Positions 30,667-41,615 are shown, counted from the stretch's first letter. The stretch is DNA of 64,000 bases from an uncultured Thalassotalea sp. (GCA_964620605.1 CAZUHQ010000002.1:47010-111009); one strand, 5' to 3'. Made by a program: numbers and translations. Notes: generated from the letters alone by a model not told the origin.

Positions 30667-32094
30667 ATGAACAAAAAATATGTAAAAACAGCAGTAGGCT
30701 TTTTGTTGATTGCAAACTGTGCCTACGCACAACAAACTCTATCGTTACACCAGGCGATCACATTAGCTCAACAAAATGATCCTTGGCTTGATGGTAGCCG
30801 ATTAAAACAACATGCTTTAGAAAATCGAAGTGTTGCGAGTGGCTCTCTACCCGACCCTAAAGTGTCGATAGGAGTGATGAATTTACCTACAGATACTTGG
30901 GATTTTGCTCAAGAAGGTATGACGCAACTTAAGGTTGGTGTCTCTCAAATGTTTCCAAGAGGGGATAGTTTAGAGATTAAACAAAATCAGCTAACAACCG
31001 AATCAACCAAGTTTCCACTGCTTAGAGAAAATCGTAAAGCAAAATTGGCAAGTATGGTTTCTCAGATATGGCTAGATATATATTTGGCTCAACGCACAAT
31101 AGCGCTCATTGAAAAAGACTGGTCATTGTTCGAGCAAATGGCTGAAGTCGCAAAGGCTAGTTATTCAAATGCAGTAGGGAAAACTCGTCAACAAGATGTG
31201 ATCCGTGCTCAACTGGAAATTGTGCAACTTGAAGACAGGCTTACTGTTGAAAAGCAAAAATTGGAGGCTTCATCTGCGCGGTTAAATGAATGGCTCCATA
31301 TCTATGATGGAAGCAATTTAGATCAGACATTTAATTTTGACGCTCAGCCTATGAAATTTAAGGTGTCTAGTGGCTTGCCCATTTTAAGAATCGCGAATCC
31401 AGACGTATTAAAGTCATCTAAATATTCTCGTAATCGTTTAGCAATTGAACTTGCAAACCATCCAGCACTTTTAGCAATTGATGTTAAGCAAAAGGTTTTT
31501 GAGAAAGGTGTGGCATTAGCTAAGCAGCAATATAAGCCTCAGTGGGGAGTCAGCGCCAGTTACGCTTATAGAGATAATATGCCATCAGGTGACTCTGGTT
31601 TATCAACATCACGATCGGATTTATTCTCAATTGGAGTAACCTTTGATTTACCTCTGTTTACTGAAAACAAACAAGATAAACAAGTTGCAGCTTCTATAGC
31701 GGAATCCGAAGCTGTTAAAACTGAGAAGTTATTGCTGACAAAGCAAATGATCAGTGCTGTAGAAAAGGAGCTGAGGCAGCTTAAACGCTTATCTGATAGA
31801 CAATCTATTTATCAAGAAGAACTACTTAAACAAACTCATGACCAAGCGGAAGCGTCTTTGACGGCTTACACCAACGACGATGGTGATTTTGCCGAAGTTG
31901 TTCGAGCAAGAATCGCTGAATTAAATGCCAGAATATCAGCCTTAAGAATTGATGTTGATGCACTTAAAACCGTTGCGCGTATCAACTATTTCTTTGCGCA
32001 TTCTCAATCTAAATCAAATGCTGAACATAAGCCAATGCACAATGCGCAAAAAACTGATCAGCACTTATCCAATCAGCAGTTTGGAGAAAAATAA
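30667..32094 (+). CDS. cusC: TolC-family outer-membrane efflux protein (CusC-like)
   Basis: Signal peptide; LPDPKVSIGVMNLP; upstream of cusB/cusA. Probable ATG 30667. Confidence 0.8.
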   Translation: MNKKYVKTAVGFLLIANCAYAQQTLSLHQAITLAQQNDPWLDGSRLKQHALENRSVASGSLPDPKVSIGVMNLPTDTWDFAQEGMTQLKVGVSQMFPRGDSLEIKQNQLTTESTKFPLLRENRKAKLASMVSQIWLDIYLAQRTIALIEKDWSLFEQMAEVAKASYSNAVGKTRQQDVIRAQLEIVQLEDRLTVEKQKLEASSARLNEWLHIYDGSNLDQTFNFDAQPMKFKVSSGLPILRIANPDVLKSSKYSRNRLAIELANHPALLAIDVKQKVFEKGVALAKQQYKPQWGVSASYAYRDNMPSGDSGLSTSRSDLFSIGVTFDLPLFTENKQDKQVAASIAESEAVKTEKLLLTKQMISAVEKELRQLKRLSDRQSIYQEELLKQTHDQAEASLTAYTNDDGDFAEVVRARIAELNARISALRIDVDALKTVARINYFFAHSQSKSNAEHKPMHNAQKTDQHLSNQQFGEK

Positions 32095-33581
32095 TGTCAA
32101 TTAATACTAAAACAATCATTGCCGTCATCATTGGGGCAGCACTAGGTGCTGGAGCATTAAGCTTATTTCAAGGTACAGGTTCAAGCGGTAATGGCAATGA
32201 AGCTACATCAGCAGAGAAAAAACCGCTGTATTGGGTTGCACCGATGGATGCTAGTTACCGTCGAGACAAGCCCGGTAAGTCGCCGATGGGAATGGATTTA
32301 ATTCCTGTGTATGAGGAAGGGGTATCTGATGATGACTTTGGCTCTGGAGCTGTAAAAATTGCTCCCCACGTCGTTAATAACCTAGGTGTACGCACAGCAC
32401 CTGTAGAGCTGAAACACATGCATACCGAAATCTCAACGGTTGGCTATGTGCAATATGATGAAGATAAGCTTGTGCATATTCATCCTCGTGTTGATGGTTG
32501 GATTGAAAAACTTTATGTCAAAGCGGCGGGAAATCCCGTTAAGAAAGGACAGCCACTTTACACTTTATATTCTCCACAACTCGTTAATGCGCAAGAAGAG
32601 TTGTTGATTGCTTTAAAGCGTAACAATAAATCACTAATAGTCGCGGCAAAAGACCGCTTAAAGGCATTGCAGTTATCACCTACGTTTATTAACGAGCTAG
32701 AAAAAACACGTAAAGTGCAACAGACCGTAACATTCTACTCACCACAAGCCGGTGTGATTGATGGCTTAAAAATAAGAGAAGGCTTTTATGTGAAGCCGGG
32801 TAATACTCTGCTGAGCATAGGTCAATTAGAGCAAGTATGGGTAGAGGCAGAAGTGTTTGAACGTGATGCGGCATTAGTCAAAGAAGGCTTACCTGTATCA
32901 ATGACGCTAGATTATTTACCGGGTAAAGAATGGGTTGGTGTGGTGGATTATGTTTACCCAACGTTGAACAGTAAAACTCGCACACTTAGGGTTCGATTAA
33001 AATTTGATAACACCGACTATCAATTAAAGCCAAATATGTTTGCCCAAGTATCCATTCATGTAAACCAAACACAAAGTACACTACTAGTACCTAAAGAGGC
33101 GGTAATTAGAACAGGTAAACAAGATAGGGTTGTACTTGCTCTTGGTGAAGGTCAATTTAAATCAATTGAAGTCACTATTGGCCGAGTAGACAAAGAGAGT
33201 ATCGAAATTTTGGATGGTTTAACCGAAGACGATGTGATTGTTACCTCTGCCCAATTCCTAATTGATTCAGAATCAAGTAAAAGCTCTGACTTTAAGCGCA
33301 TGACTCATGATGAAATACCTTCAGCAAGGGTCACGGGCTTAATCAATTCGATTGATAAGCAAAATCGTATTTTCAATATTAGCCGAGGCTCAATAGATAA
33401 ATGGGATAGACCTGCTGCGACGATGGACTTTATCGTCGCGGATGAATTAGAAGTCGAAGATTTTAATGTTGGTGATGATGTTGTTTTCACTTTTGAAGTG
33501 AGAGATGACCTAATTATTACTGAAATTTCCTTTAACAGTGGTGATCAGCAAAATAATACTGTTGATCATTCAAATCACTAA
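32094..33581 (+). CDS. cusB: CusB-type heavy-metal RND adaptor with N-terminal metal-binding domain and C-terminal CusF-like domain
   Basis: YWVAPMD..YRRDKPGKSPMGMDLIP; LKPNMFA; SAQFLIDSES; C-terminal NISRGSIDKWDRPAATMDF. Confidence 0.9.
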   Translation: MSINTKTIIAVIIGAALGAGALSLFQGTGSSGNGNEATSAEKKPLYWVAPMDASYRRDKPGKSPMGMDLIPVYEEGVSDDDFGSGAVKIAPHVVNNLGVRTAPVELKHMHTEISTVGYVQYDEDKLVHIHPRVDGWIEKLYVKAAGNPVKKGQPLYTLYSPQLVNAQEELLIALKRNNKSLIVAAKDRLKALQLSPTFINELEKTRKVQQTVTFYSPQAGVIDGLKIREGFYVKPGNTLLSIGQLEQVWVEAEVFERDAALVKEGLPVSMTLDYLPGKEWVGVVDYVYPTLNSKTRTLRVRLKFDNTDYQLKPNMFAQVSIHVNQTQSTLLVPKEAVIRTGKQDRVVLALGEGQFKSIEVTIGRVDKESIEILDGLTEDDVIVTSAQFLIDSESSKSSDFKRMTHDEIPSARVTGLINSIDKQNRIFNISRGSIDKWDRPAATMDFIVADELEVEDFNVGDDVVFTFEVRDDLIITEISFNSGDQQNNTVDHSNH

Positions 33582-33597
33582 CTGAGGAGGTATCAGT

Positions 33598-36500
33598 ATG
33601 ATTGAATCAGTGATTAGATGGTCAATTGGCAATAGGTTTTTTGTTATATTGGCAACATTAATTTTAATCGGCGGTGGACTTTTTTCTCTAAAGCACACGC
33701 CTGTTGATGCTATCCCTGACTTGTCAGACGTTCAGGTAATAATTAAAACTAATTACCCCGGACAAGCGCCACAGGTAGTACAAGATCAGGTGACCTACCC
33801 ATTAACTACCGCCATGCTATCAGTGCCTGGTGCTGTTACCGTGCGTGGTTACTCTTTTTTCGGTGATTCATTTGTTTACGTGATATTCGATGAAGATACT
33901 GATCTATATTGGGCAAGAAGCCGAGTATTAGAATACTTGAGTCAGGTAGCGCCATCTTTGCCTGAAACTGCTCGTCCACAATTAGGTCCTGATGCCACTG
34001 GCGTTGGCTGGGTGTATTTATACTCGTTAATCGATAAAACAGGCAACTTGGATATTAGTCAGCTTCGTAGTCTTCAAGACTGGTTCTTAAAATACGAATT
34101 GCAAACTGTTTCCGGTGTATCTGAAGTCGCCCCTATTGGTGGCATGGTTAAACAGTATCAAGTTCAAGTAGATCCTGACAAATTACGTGCCTACGGTGTG
34201 CCTTTAAGCCATATCCAAACGGCAATAAAAAGAGGCAATCAAGAAACGGGAGCGTCCGTGGTTGAGATGGCGGAAGCCGAATATATGGTCACCGCTTCTG
34301 GCTATATCAAAAGCATGGGCGATATTGAGTCAATACCGCTAGGCATCAATGCACAAGGTACACCACTTACTATTGGCGATGTCGCACAAGTAAACCTTGG
34401 TCCACAGATGAGGCGAGGCATTGCTGAACTCAATGGTGAAGGTGAAGTTGTTGGTGGCGTGGTAGTCATGCGCTTTGGCGAAAATGCACAAAAAACCATT
34501 GATGGTGTAAAAGCTAAGTTAGAAGACTTGAAAAAAGGCTTACCTGAAGGCGTTGAAATCGTCACTGTCTATGATCGTTCAGGGTTAATTGGCGAAGCAG
34601 TTGAAAACCTATGGCACAAGTTGTTGGAAGAGTTTATTGTTGTCGCTTTGGTTTGTGTCGTATTCCTGTTTCATGTTCGCTCGTCTTTGGTGGCTATTGT
34701 TAGTTTACCTGTCGGTATCTTAGCTGCATTTATTGTCATGCACTTGCAAGGTATTAACGCCAATATTATGTCATTAGGTGGTATCGCTATTGCCATCGGC
34801 GCCATGATAGATGGTGCCATTGTCATGATAGAAAATATGCACAAGCACATGGAGAAAACACCACTAACCAAGGGAAACAGATGGCAGATAGTGGCAGAGT
34901 CGGCCAGTGGCCCGGCATTATTCTTTTCCCTGCTGATCATTACTGTCTCTTTTGTCCCAGTGTTTACCCTGGAAGCGCAAGAAGGACGGATGTTCTCGCC
35001 ACTGGCCTTTACCAAAACTTATGCAATGGCAGCATCAGCAGCACTAGCCATTACTTTAGTTCCAGTCCTAATGGGATATTTCATTCGCGGAAAAGTACTT
35101 CCTGAGCATAAGAATCCTGTTAACAGAGTATTGACGGCGATTTATATGCCTGTCTTGAAGCTCGTGTTGGCATTTCCTAAATCTACCGTTTTAGCTGCAA
35201 TTTTAGTCACTATCGTGGGATTTTGGCCGGTTGATAAAATTGGTAGTGAGTTTATTCCACCTTTGGATGAAGGTGATTTAATGTACATGCCAACTACCTA
35301 TCCCGGAATATCCATTGGTAAAGCACGCGAGCTATTACAACAAACCGACAAGTTGATAAAAACTGTGCCTGAAGTCGAGACGGTGTTTGGCAAGGTGGGT
35401 CGAGCTGAAACGGCAACCGATCCTGCACCGCTGACCATGATAGAAACCTTCATTCAGTTAAAACCGAGATCCGAGTGGCGAGATGGCGTAACAACTGAGA
35501 GTTTAAAGCAGGAGTTTGATAAGTTAGTTAAATTTCCGGGATTAACCAATGCTTGGGTGATGCCAATAAAAACTAGGATTGATATGCTAGCAACAGGTAT
35601 CAAAACGCCTGTAGGTATTAAGATTTCAGGCTCAGACCTTTCTGTTATACAAGATATTGGTAAGCAGCTTGAAACTATTATGGTAGATATTCAAGGCACC
35701 GCATCTGTGTACTCAGAACGTGTTGCTGGTGGACGTTACCTGAAAGTTGATATCAAGCGAGAAAAAGCCGCAAGGTATGGGCTTAACATCGCAGATGTTC
35801 AACAAGTAGTTGCCTCGGCTATTGGTGGTATGAATGTTACCCAAACAGTTGAAGGACAAGAGCGTTATCCAGTTAATTTACGTTACCCTCAAGATTATCG
35901 AGACTCACCAGAACAATTAGCTCGACTGCCAATTGTAACCCCTGAGGGCATGCGTATAGCACTTGCCGATGTTGCCTCTGTATATGTTGAAGATGGCCCT
36001 CCGGGTATTAAAAGTGAGAACGCGCGAATCAATGGCTGGGTTTTTGTTGATATTGATGGTGTTGATGTTGGGACTTATGTTCAACAAGCGCAAAAGGTTG
36101 TCGCAGAAAAATTAGTTTTACCTGCTGGGTACTCGATAACTTGGTCAGGGCAATATGAATATATGTTGCGTGCCAAAGAAAAGTTAACCTATGTCGTGCC
36201 ATTAACATTGGCGATCATTATTATTCTGCTTTACCTCAACTTTAGAAACTTTGTCGAAGTGGCGATTATCATGGGAACTTTGCCACTGGCGATGATCGGT
36301 AGCATCTGGCTGATGTATCTACAGGGCTTTAATTTTTCGGTCGCGGTCGGCGTTGGTTTTATCGCCCTTGCCGGGGTTGCGGTGGAAATCGGCGTCATTA
36401 TGCTGGTCTATCTCAATCAGTCATTTAATGAATTAAAGGAGCGTTGCTTGTCAGAAGGGCGAACACCTAGCGCGTCAGATTTACGAGATGCTGTACAGCA

Positions 36501-36738
36501 AGGAGCTGGCATGCGAGTTCGTCCGGTAATGATGACGGCGGCTGCAATAATTGTTGGTTTGCTGCCTATTTTATATGGTACGGGTACAGGCTCTGAGGTG
36601 ATGAGCCGCATTGCTGCTCCTATGGTTGGCGGCATGGCCAGTGCGGTGTTGTTAACCCTGATTGTGCTGCCAGCGATCTATTTTTTAATGCGCGCACCTG
36701 AATTGAAAATTTTAACCAAGGAAAAATCCTTTTCTTAA
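33598..36738 (+). CDS. cusA: CusA/CzcA heavy-metal RND permease, Cu(I)/Ag(I) type
   Basis: PVDAIPDLSDVQV; DEGDLMYMPTT; AWVMPIKTRIDMLATG (CusA Met triad region); RVRPVMMT. Confidence 0.95.
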   Translation: MIESVIRWSIGNRFFVILATLILIGGGLFSLKHTPVDAIPDLSDVQVIIKTNYPGQAPQVVQDQVTYPLTTAMLSVPGAVTVRGYSFFGDSFVYVIFDEDTDLYWARSRVLEYLSQVAPSLPETARPQLGPDATGVGWVYLYSLIDKTGNLDISQLRSLQDWFLKYELQTVSGVSEVAPIGGMVKQYQVQVDPDKLRAYGVPLSHIQTAIKRGNQETGASVVEMAEAEYMVTASGYIKSMGDIESIPLGINAQGTPLTIGDVAQVNLGPQMRRGIAELNGEGEVVGGVVVMRFGENAQKTIDGVKAKLEDLKKGLPEGVEIVTVYDRSGLIGEAVENLWHKLLEEFIVVALVCVVFLFHVRSSLVAIVSLPVGILAAFIVMHLQGINANIMSLGGIAIAIGAMIDGAIVMIENMHKHMEKTPLTKGNRWQIVAESASGPALFFSLLIITVSFVPVFTLEAQEGRMFSPLAFTKTYAMAASAALAITLVPVLMGYFIRGKVLPEHKNPVNRVLTAIYMPVLKLVLAFPKSTVLAAILVTIVGFWPVDKIGSEFIPPLDEGDLMYMPTTYPGISIGKARELLQQTDKLIKTVPEVETVFGKVGRAETATDPAPLTMIETFIQLKPRSEWRDGVTTESLKQEFDKLVKFPGLTNAWVMPIKTRIDMLATGIKTPVGIKISGSDLSVIQDIGKQLETIMVDIQGTASVYSERVAGGRYLKVDIKREKAARYGLNIADVQQVVASAIGGMNVTQTVEGQERYPVNLRYPQDYRDSPEQLARLPIVTPEGMRIALADVASVYVEDGPPGIKSENARINGWVFVDIDGVDVGTYVQQAQKVVAEKLVLPAGYSITWSGQYEYMLRAKEKLTYVVPLTLAIIIILLYLNFRNFVEVAIIMGTLPLAMIGSIWLMYLQGFNFSVAVGVGFIALAGVAVEIGVIMLVYLNQSFNELKERCLSEGRTPSASDLRDAVQQGAGMRVRPVMMTAAAIIVGLLPILYGTGTGSEVMSRIAAPMVGGMASAVLLTLIVLPAIYFLMRAPELKILTKEKSFS

Positions 36739-36752
36739 ATGAGTAAGCGTGC

Positions 36753-36783
36753 TTGACCTGTGTCTAAGACACAGGTTTAAACT
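36753..36783 (+). promoter_or_regulatory. MerR/CueR-type promoter with dyad operator
   Basis: TTGACC-N19-TAAACT, with a perfect inverted repeat ACCTGTGTCT-A-AGACACAGGT (36756-36776) in the spacer. Confidence 0.88.
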
Positions 36784-36840
36784 AGGAGTGAAAGTGTGAA
36801 CTTAGGTGTAATTCCATTGGTATAAAGCAAAGGGGCAAAG

Positions 36841-37275
36841 ATGAAAGTAACTGAGTTGGCAAAAAGCCTTGGCACAACAGCGGATACTGTGAGGTACTAC
36901 ACGCGATTAAAGCTACTTAATCCGAGTAAATCTATTAATGGCTATAAGGACTATTCGGAAAAAGACGTATTCAGACTGAAATTTATCTTAAGTGCCCGTC
37001 AGCTTGGTTTTTCAGTTGCCGATATTCAGCAAATATTGAACGAGGCTGAGCATGGTCACAGTGCCTGCCCGCTAGTGCGAACCTTGATTCAGCAGCGATT
37101 GAATGAAACGGAAAAACAGTTTCGGGCGATGCTGGCATTAAGAGAAAATATGCGCAATGCGATAGCGCAGTGGCAACAAATGGCAGATAAAGCCCCTACA
37201 TCAGATATGGTTTGCCATCTAATCGAAGGTTTTGCACAACTAAATTTAGCGGGTGAAAAAAATGACAGCAAATGA
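36841..37275 (+). CDS. MerR family metal-responsive regulator (CueR/ZntR-like)
   Basis: [19 protein letters not shown]; LGFSVADI; ACP and CHLIE Cys ligands. Confidence 0.9.
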   Translation: MKVTELAKSLGTTADTVRYYTRLKLLNPSKSINGYKDYSEKDVFRLKFILSARQLGFSVADIQQILNEAEHGHSACPLVRTLIQQRLNETEKQFRAMLALRENMRNAIAQWQQMADKAPTSDMVCHLIEGFAQLNLAGEKNDSK

Positions 37276-39511
37276 TATTCAATTAACTCAACAACTCATT
37301 ATTGAAGGTGCAGGTTGTGCCAGTTGTGTTGGCAAAATAGAAACGGCACTAAAGAACACCCAAGGTGTTGTCAGCGCCGAAATGAACTTTGCTGACCGAA
37401 CCGTGCTGGTTACTGGCACTGCAAAAACGCCTGAACTGATCAGCGCGGTCGAGTCGGTTGGTTATAACGCCAAAGCGTTTGACGACAGTGCTGCGACTGA
37501 TGCATTGGATGAAAAAGAAGCGGCAGACTGGGCATATTATAAAAAGTTACTTAGAGATACCGTTATTGCCCTATCGCTGGGGGTGCCGCTGATGGTTTAT
37601 GGCCTGTTTATTGGCGAGATGACGGTAGAAACCAACACCGAAAGGCTGTCATGGTTAGTGGTTGGGCTATTAACGCTAAGCGTGATGTATTTCTCTGGCA
37701 AACATTTTTATCTTGGTGCCTGGAAAAGCTTTAAAAATCATTCCGCTAATATGGATACCCTGATTGCGTTAGGCACAGGTACTGCGTGGCTCTATTCAAT
37801 GGTTGTTGTATTTGCACCAGAAGCGGTACCTATGATGGCGCGGCATGTTTATTTTGAAGCTACGGCGATGATCATCGGTTTAATTAACCTTGGTCTGGCA
37901 CTGGAACTTAAAGCCAGAGGCAAAACCTCAGAAGCGATTAAGCGCCTGATTGGCTTACAGGCAAAAACTGCAACCGTAATCCGCGATAATAAAGAAGTCG
38001 CTATCAGCATAAAACAAGTGCTGTTGGGTGATGTAGTTAAAGTAAGACCAGGTGAAAAAATACCTGTTGATGGTGTTGTTGTTGAAGGTCATACCTCGAT
38101 TGATGAATCTATGTTAACAGGTGAACCCATGCCTGTTAAGAAATCTGAACAAGATGAAATCGTTGCAGGTACGCTGAATAAATTGGGGTTAATTCAATTT
38201 CGAGCTACCCGCGTGGGAAAAGATACTGCACTTGCTCAAATTATCAACATGGTGAAACGGGCGCAAAACTCTAAACCTCCTATTGGTCGCTTGGCCGATG
38301 TGATATCCGCTTACTTTGTGCCTGTGGTGATGATCATTTCGATAGTCAGTGCGTTAACATGGCTTAACTTTGGCCCAGATCCGGCAGTCGCCTTTGCTAT
38401 TGTGTCAGCAACTACCGTACTCATTATCGCTTGTCCATGCGCATTAGGCTTAGCAACACCAATGTCCGTTATGGTGGGAGTTGGAAAAGCTGCTGAGGCA
38501 GGGGTGCTTATTCGTAATGGTGAAGCGTTACAAACAGCGTCAAAAATTACCACCATGATATTAGATAAAACCGGCACCATCACAGAAGGCGCACCCAAAG
38601 TTACAGACATCGTTTTAGCTAATGCAACGAGTGAAAAATCGGTACTGCAATTAGCAGCAAGTTTAGAGAGCGGTTCAGAGCATCCGTTAGCTCAAGCAAT
38701 TGTAGAAAGTGCATTAGAAAAGGACATAGATTTACTCAAAATTGAATCGTTTAACGCCATTACTGGTTTTGGTGTTGAAGCAAAATGTGACAATAAAACT
38801 TTGCTTTTTGGCAACGAGAAATTAATGAAGGAAAAAGACATTGGTGTTGTCGGTTTTGATGGCAAAGTCAAACGGCTAGCTAAAGCAGCAAAAACACCTA
38901 TGTACTTTGCTGTTGATGGTGAGCTAGCAGCCATTATTGCTGTTGCAGATCCCATTAAGTCAGACTCAATTTCGGCGATCAAACGTCTGAAAACAAACGG
39001 CATCCGCGTCATTATGCTAACAGGTGACAACAAGGAAACAGCCGCGGCTGTAGCAGCTAAAGCTGGGATAGCCGAATTTTTCGCAGAAGTTTTACCTAAA
39101 GATAAAGTCAACAAAGTACAAGAATTGCAAGATAGCGAAGAAATTGTTGGTATGACTGGCGACGGTATCAATGATGCGCCAGCTCTTGCATTGGCCGATG
39201 TTGGCTTTGCCATTGGCACCGGCACAGATGTTGCCATTGAAAGTGCTGATATCACACTTATGCGAGGTTCTCTTCATGGTTTAGCTGATGCCATTGCGGT
39301 GAGCAAAGCGACCTTAAGAAATATTAAGCAAAATCTATTTGGTGCTTTTGTTTATAACGTGGCTGGAGTTCCTTTTGCTGCGGGAGTGCTCTATCCCTTC
39401 TTCGGTATTTTATTAAGCCCTGTAATCGCAGGAGCGGCGATGGCGTTCTCGTCATTAACCGTAGTATCTAATGCTAATCGTCTTCGCTTATTTAAAGCCC
39501 AAAAGTATTAA
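37262..39511 (+). CDS. copA: Copper-translocating P1B-type ATPase
   Basis: HMA GAGCASC; TGEP; CPC in TM6; DKTGT; SEHPL; GDGINDAP; YN and MAFSS Cu(I) ligands. Confidence 0.96.
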   Translation: MTANDIQLTQQLIIEGAGCASCVGKIETALKNTQGVVSAEMNFADRTVLVTGTAKTPELISAVESVGYNAKAFDDSAATDALDEKEAADWAYYKKLLRDTVIALSLGVPLMVYGLFIGEMTVETNTERLSWLVVGLLTLSVMYFSGKHFYLGAWKSFKNHSANMDTLIALGTGTAWLYSMVVVFAPEAVPMMARHVYFEATAMIIGLINLGLALELKARGKTSEAIKRLIGLQAKTATVIRDNKEVAISIKQVLLGDVVKVRPGEKIPVDGVVVEGHTSIDESMLTGEPMPVKKSEQDEIVAGTLNKLGLIQFRATRVGKDTALAQIINMVKRAQNSKPPIGRLADVISAYFVPVVMIISIVSALTWLNFGPDPAVAFAIVSATTVLIIACPCALGLATPMSVMVGVGKAAEAGVLIRNGEALQTASKITTMILDKTGTITEGAPKVTDIVLANATSEKSVLQLAASLESGSEHPLAQAIVESALEKDIDLLKIESFNAITGFGVEAKCDNKTLLFGNEKLMKEKDIGVVGFDGKVKRLAKAAKTPMYFAVDGELAAIIAVADPIKSDSISAIKRLKTNGIRVIMLTGDNKETAAAVAAKAGIAEFFAEVLPKDKVNKVQELQDSEEIVGMTGDGINDAPALALADVGFAIGTGTDVAIESADITLMRGSLHGLADAIAVSKATLRNIKQNLFGAFVYNVAGVPFAAGVLYPFFGILLSPVIAGAAMAFSSLTVVSNANRLRLFKAQKY

Positions 39512-39535
39512 ATGAGCCGCATTAAGGAGAAGAAA

Positions 39536-39889
39536 ATGATGATAATAAATATCTTAGGGTTTGGACTAATAGCTGCCATAGTTTGGTGGTTTTGGCTATA
39601 CAAACCCAATGAAACTATTGTTCAAGATAATGAAGTATTCATTGAAGTCAAAGATGGTGTGTATTCACCAGCATCTATTCAGGTGTCTGCCAATAAGCCA
39701 ATTGCATTGAAGTTTATGCGCACGGATGAATCTCCCTGTTCAGAAACCTTGCTTATTCCAAGATTGGAAGTCAGTAAGCAATTGAAATTGAATGAAGTAA
39801 CTCAAATAAACCTAACCAATCTCTTGCCGGGTGAGTATGAGTTTCACTGCCAAATGCAAATGTATCGTGGCGTACTCAAAGTCGTTTAG
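39536..39889 (+). CDS. Cupredoxin-domain membrane protein (CupA-like copper chaperone)
   Basis: N-terminal TM; SPCSE; GEYEFHCQMQMYRG; RBS AAGGAG before ATG 39536. Confidence 0.85.
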   Translation: MMIINILGFGLIAAIVWWFWLYKPNETIVQDNEVFIEVKDGVYSPASIQVSANKPIALKFMRTDESPCSETLLIPRLEVSKQLKLNEVTQINLTNLLPGEYEFHCQMQMYRGVLKVV

Positions 39890-40058
39890 CACGACAGCCA
39901 GATGTTGCAGATGCTTGTGGAATGTTAAGAGTTAAATAATTAATATCACTGATACAGTTATATTATGCGAGATTGAATTAGGAGAGAATGCTTGATACGA
40001 ACTAAAATTTAAGTATTTCACTTTTTATCATCTGAAAAACAGTGTCTAGGAGTTGTTT

Positions 40059-40460
40059 ATGAGCAAAGAAGTTAACAAATTTATTGCCAGTGTTGATAAC
40101 GACAGCCGACGGGAAGATGCCAAAATTTTAGTAGATTTGATGACCAAAGCCTCAGGTTATCAGGCTTATCTCTCTGGCAGCATGATAGGTTTTGGCCATT
40201 ATCATTATCAATACGACAGTGGTCGTGAAGGGGATGCCTTTGTTACTGGGTTTTCGCCGCGCAAACAAAATACCGCCATTTATATTATGCCGGGTTTTTC
40301 ACAATACCAGGCATTACTGAATAGGTTGGGAAAACATAAACTGGGAAAATCTTGCCTGTATATCAATAAGCTTGCTGATGTCGACCTTAAGGTATTAGCT
40401 AAACTGGTGACGGCATCGGTCAAGAAGATGCAGCAAAAATATCAGTGTAAAGCTAGCTAA
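40059..40460 (+). CDS. DUF1801 (YdhG-like) domain protein
   Basis: MIGFGHYHYQYDSGREG; GFSPRK; LGKHKLGKSCLYINKL. Confidence 0.85.
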   Translation: MSKEVNKFIASVDNDSRREDAKILVDLMTKASGYQAYLSGSMIGFGHYHYQYDSGREGDAFVTGFSPRKQNTAIYIMPGFSQYQALLNRLGKHKLGKSCLYINKLADVDLKVLAKLVTASVKKMQQKYQCKAS

Positions 40461-40488
40461 TACCAATTGAAATAAATATTTAACCAGT

Positions 40489-41493
40489 TCAGAGCTGTAT
40501 CTTGCTCACTGACTCGCGGGTAATAAGCTTCGGGGAGAAAAGGTTGGAAATCTCTAACTCTTTTTGTTTATAAACGTTTTTTAATATCCATTGCCCCGCC
40601 ATTTTTGCCATTTCTTTTATCGGGAAGTTTATCGTTGATAATTGCGGATACAGGTATTTCGTGAAAAAGGAATTATCAAAACCGATAATAGAATAATTTT
40701 CAGGAATACTAAATCCCTGGTCACGTATTGCTTTCATCGCACCTGCTGCCATATCGTCATTGGCGCAGGCAACAGCGGTAAACTTTACATCTTGCTCTAA
40801 TAACCGCGCCATGCCAGTTTGATCACTTTCGGTTAGGTAATCTCCCTCAAAAAACAGCGAATCATCATAACTTAAACCGGCTTCTTCTAACGCCCTTTGA
40901 TGACCTTGTAAGCGTTCGGTGGCATCTTGCTTAGATAACGAGCCAGAAATATAGGCAATCTCAGTATGACCGTTATCGATCAAATGCTTAGTGGCGAGAT
41001 ACCCGCCTTGTTCGTTATCGAGATAAAAACAGTTGTCTTTAATTTCAGGGATCTGGCGGTTAAGAATGGTAAACGGCGTTTTACCACTGCTGAGCTTGAT
41101 AAAGTAGTCGTTGGGCAGGGCATCAATCAGCATGATCAGGGCGTCACAATTACGGTCGATTAAAAAGTCGATGCCGTCTTGTTTACTTTGCTCATTCGAG
41201 TGGCCGGCGGCAACTATTGCGTGTTTACCGGCTTTACGCAATTCCGTTTCAATTGCACTTAGCATGGCACCATAGAAAGAGCCATGTAGCTCAGAGACTA
41301 GAATACCGATGCAGTTAGAACGGTTAGAGGCCAGCGAACGGGCTACCGAATTGGGCCGAAATCCGAGTTAATTCATCGCATCCATGACTTTCTTTTTAGT
41401 TTTTTCGCTGACGTGCTGATGATCGTTTAATACTCTTGATACCGAAGATAGCGAAACCCCTGCCAGTGCCGAAACCTCATAAATAGTCGCCAT
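40489..41493 (-). pseudogene. LacI family sugar-utilisation repressor interrupted by an in-frame TAA at codon 42
   Basis: ATG 41493 gives MATIYEVSALAGVSLSSVSRVLN (LacI HTH). The stop TAA lies at 41368-41370 in MN*LGFRPNSVARSLA, and the same frame continues into the 258-aa ORF (ligand domain, ACANDDMAAG, IIGFDN). Confidence 0.88.
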
Positions 41494-41603
41494 GTTGTTC
41501 TAACATTCCTTAATGGTAAAATCGCTTAACTGTAGCACGAATAAAATGCGCGGCACTAGTGTGTGTCTATTCCGTGCTTACTATCGCATATTGTACTAGC
41601 TTA

Positions 41604-41615
41604 GAAAGCGCTTCC
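41604..41615. promoter_or_regulatory. LacI-type operator candidate
   Basis: GAAAGCGCTTCC, a near-palindrome with central CG, ~110 bp upstream of the lacI start. Confidence 0.45.

Noticed and set aside
30076-40031. 8-bp direct repeat TTTATCAT flanking the copper cluster as a target-site duplication
   Set aside because: An AT-rich 8-mer is expected by chance in these spacers, and there is no integrase or transposase.
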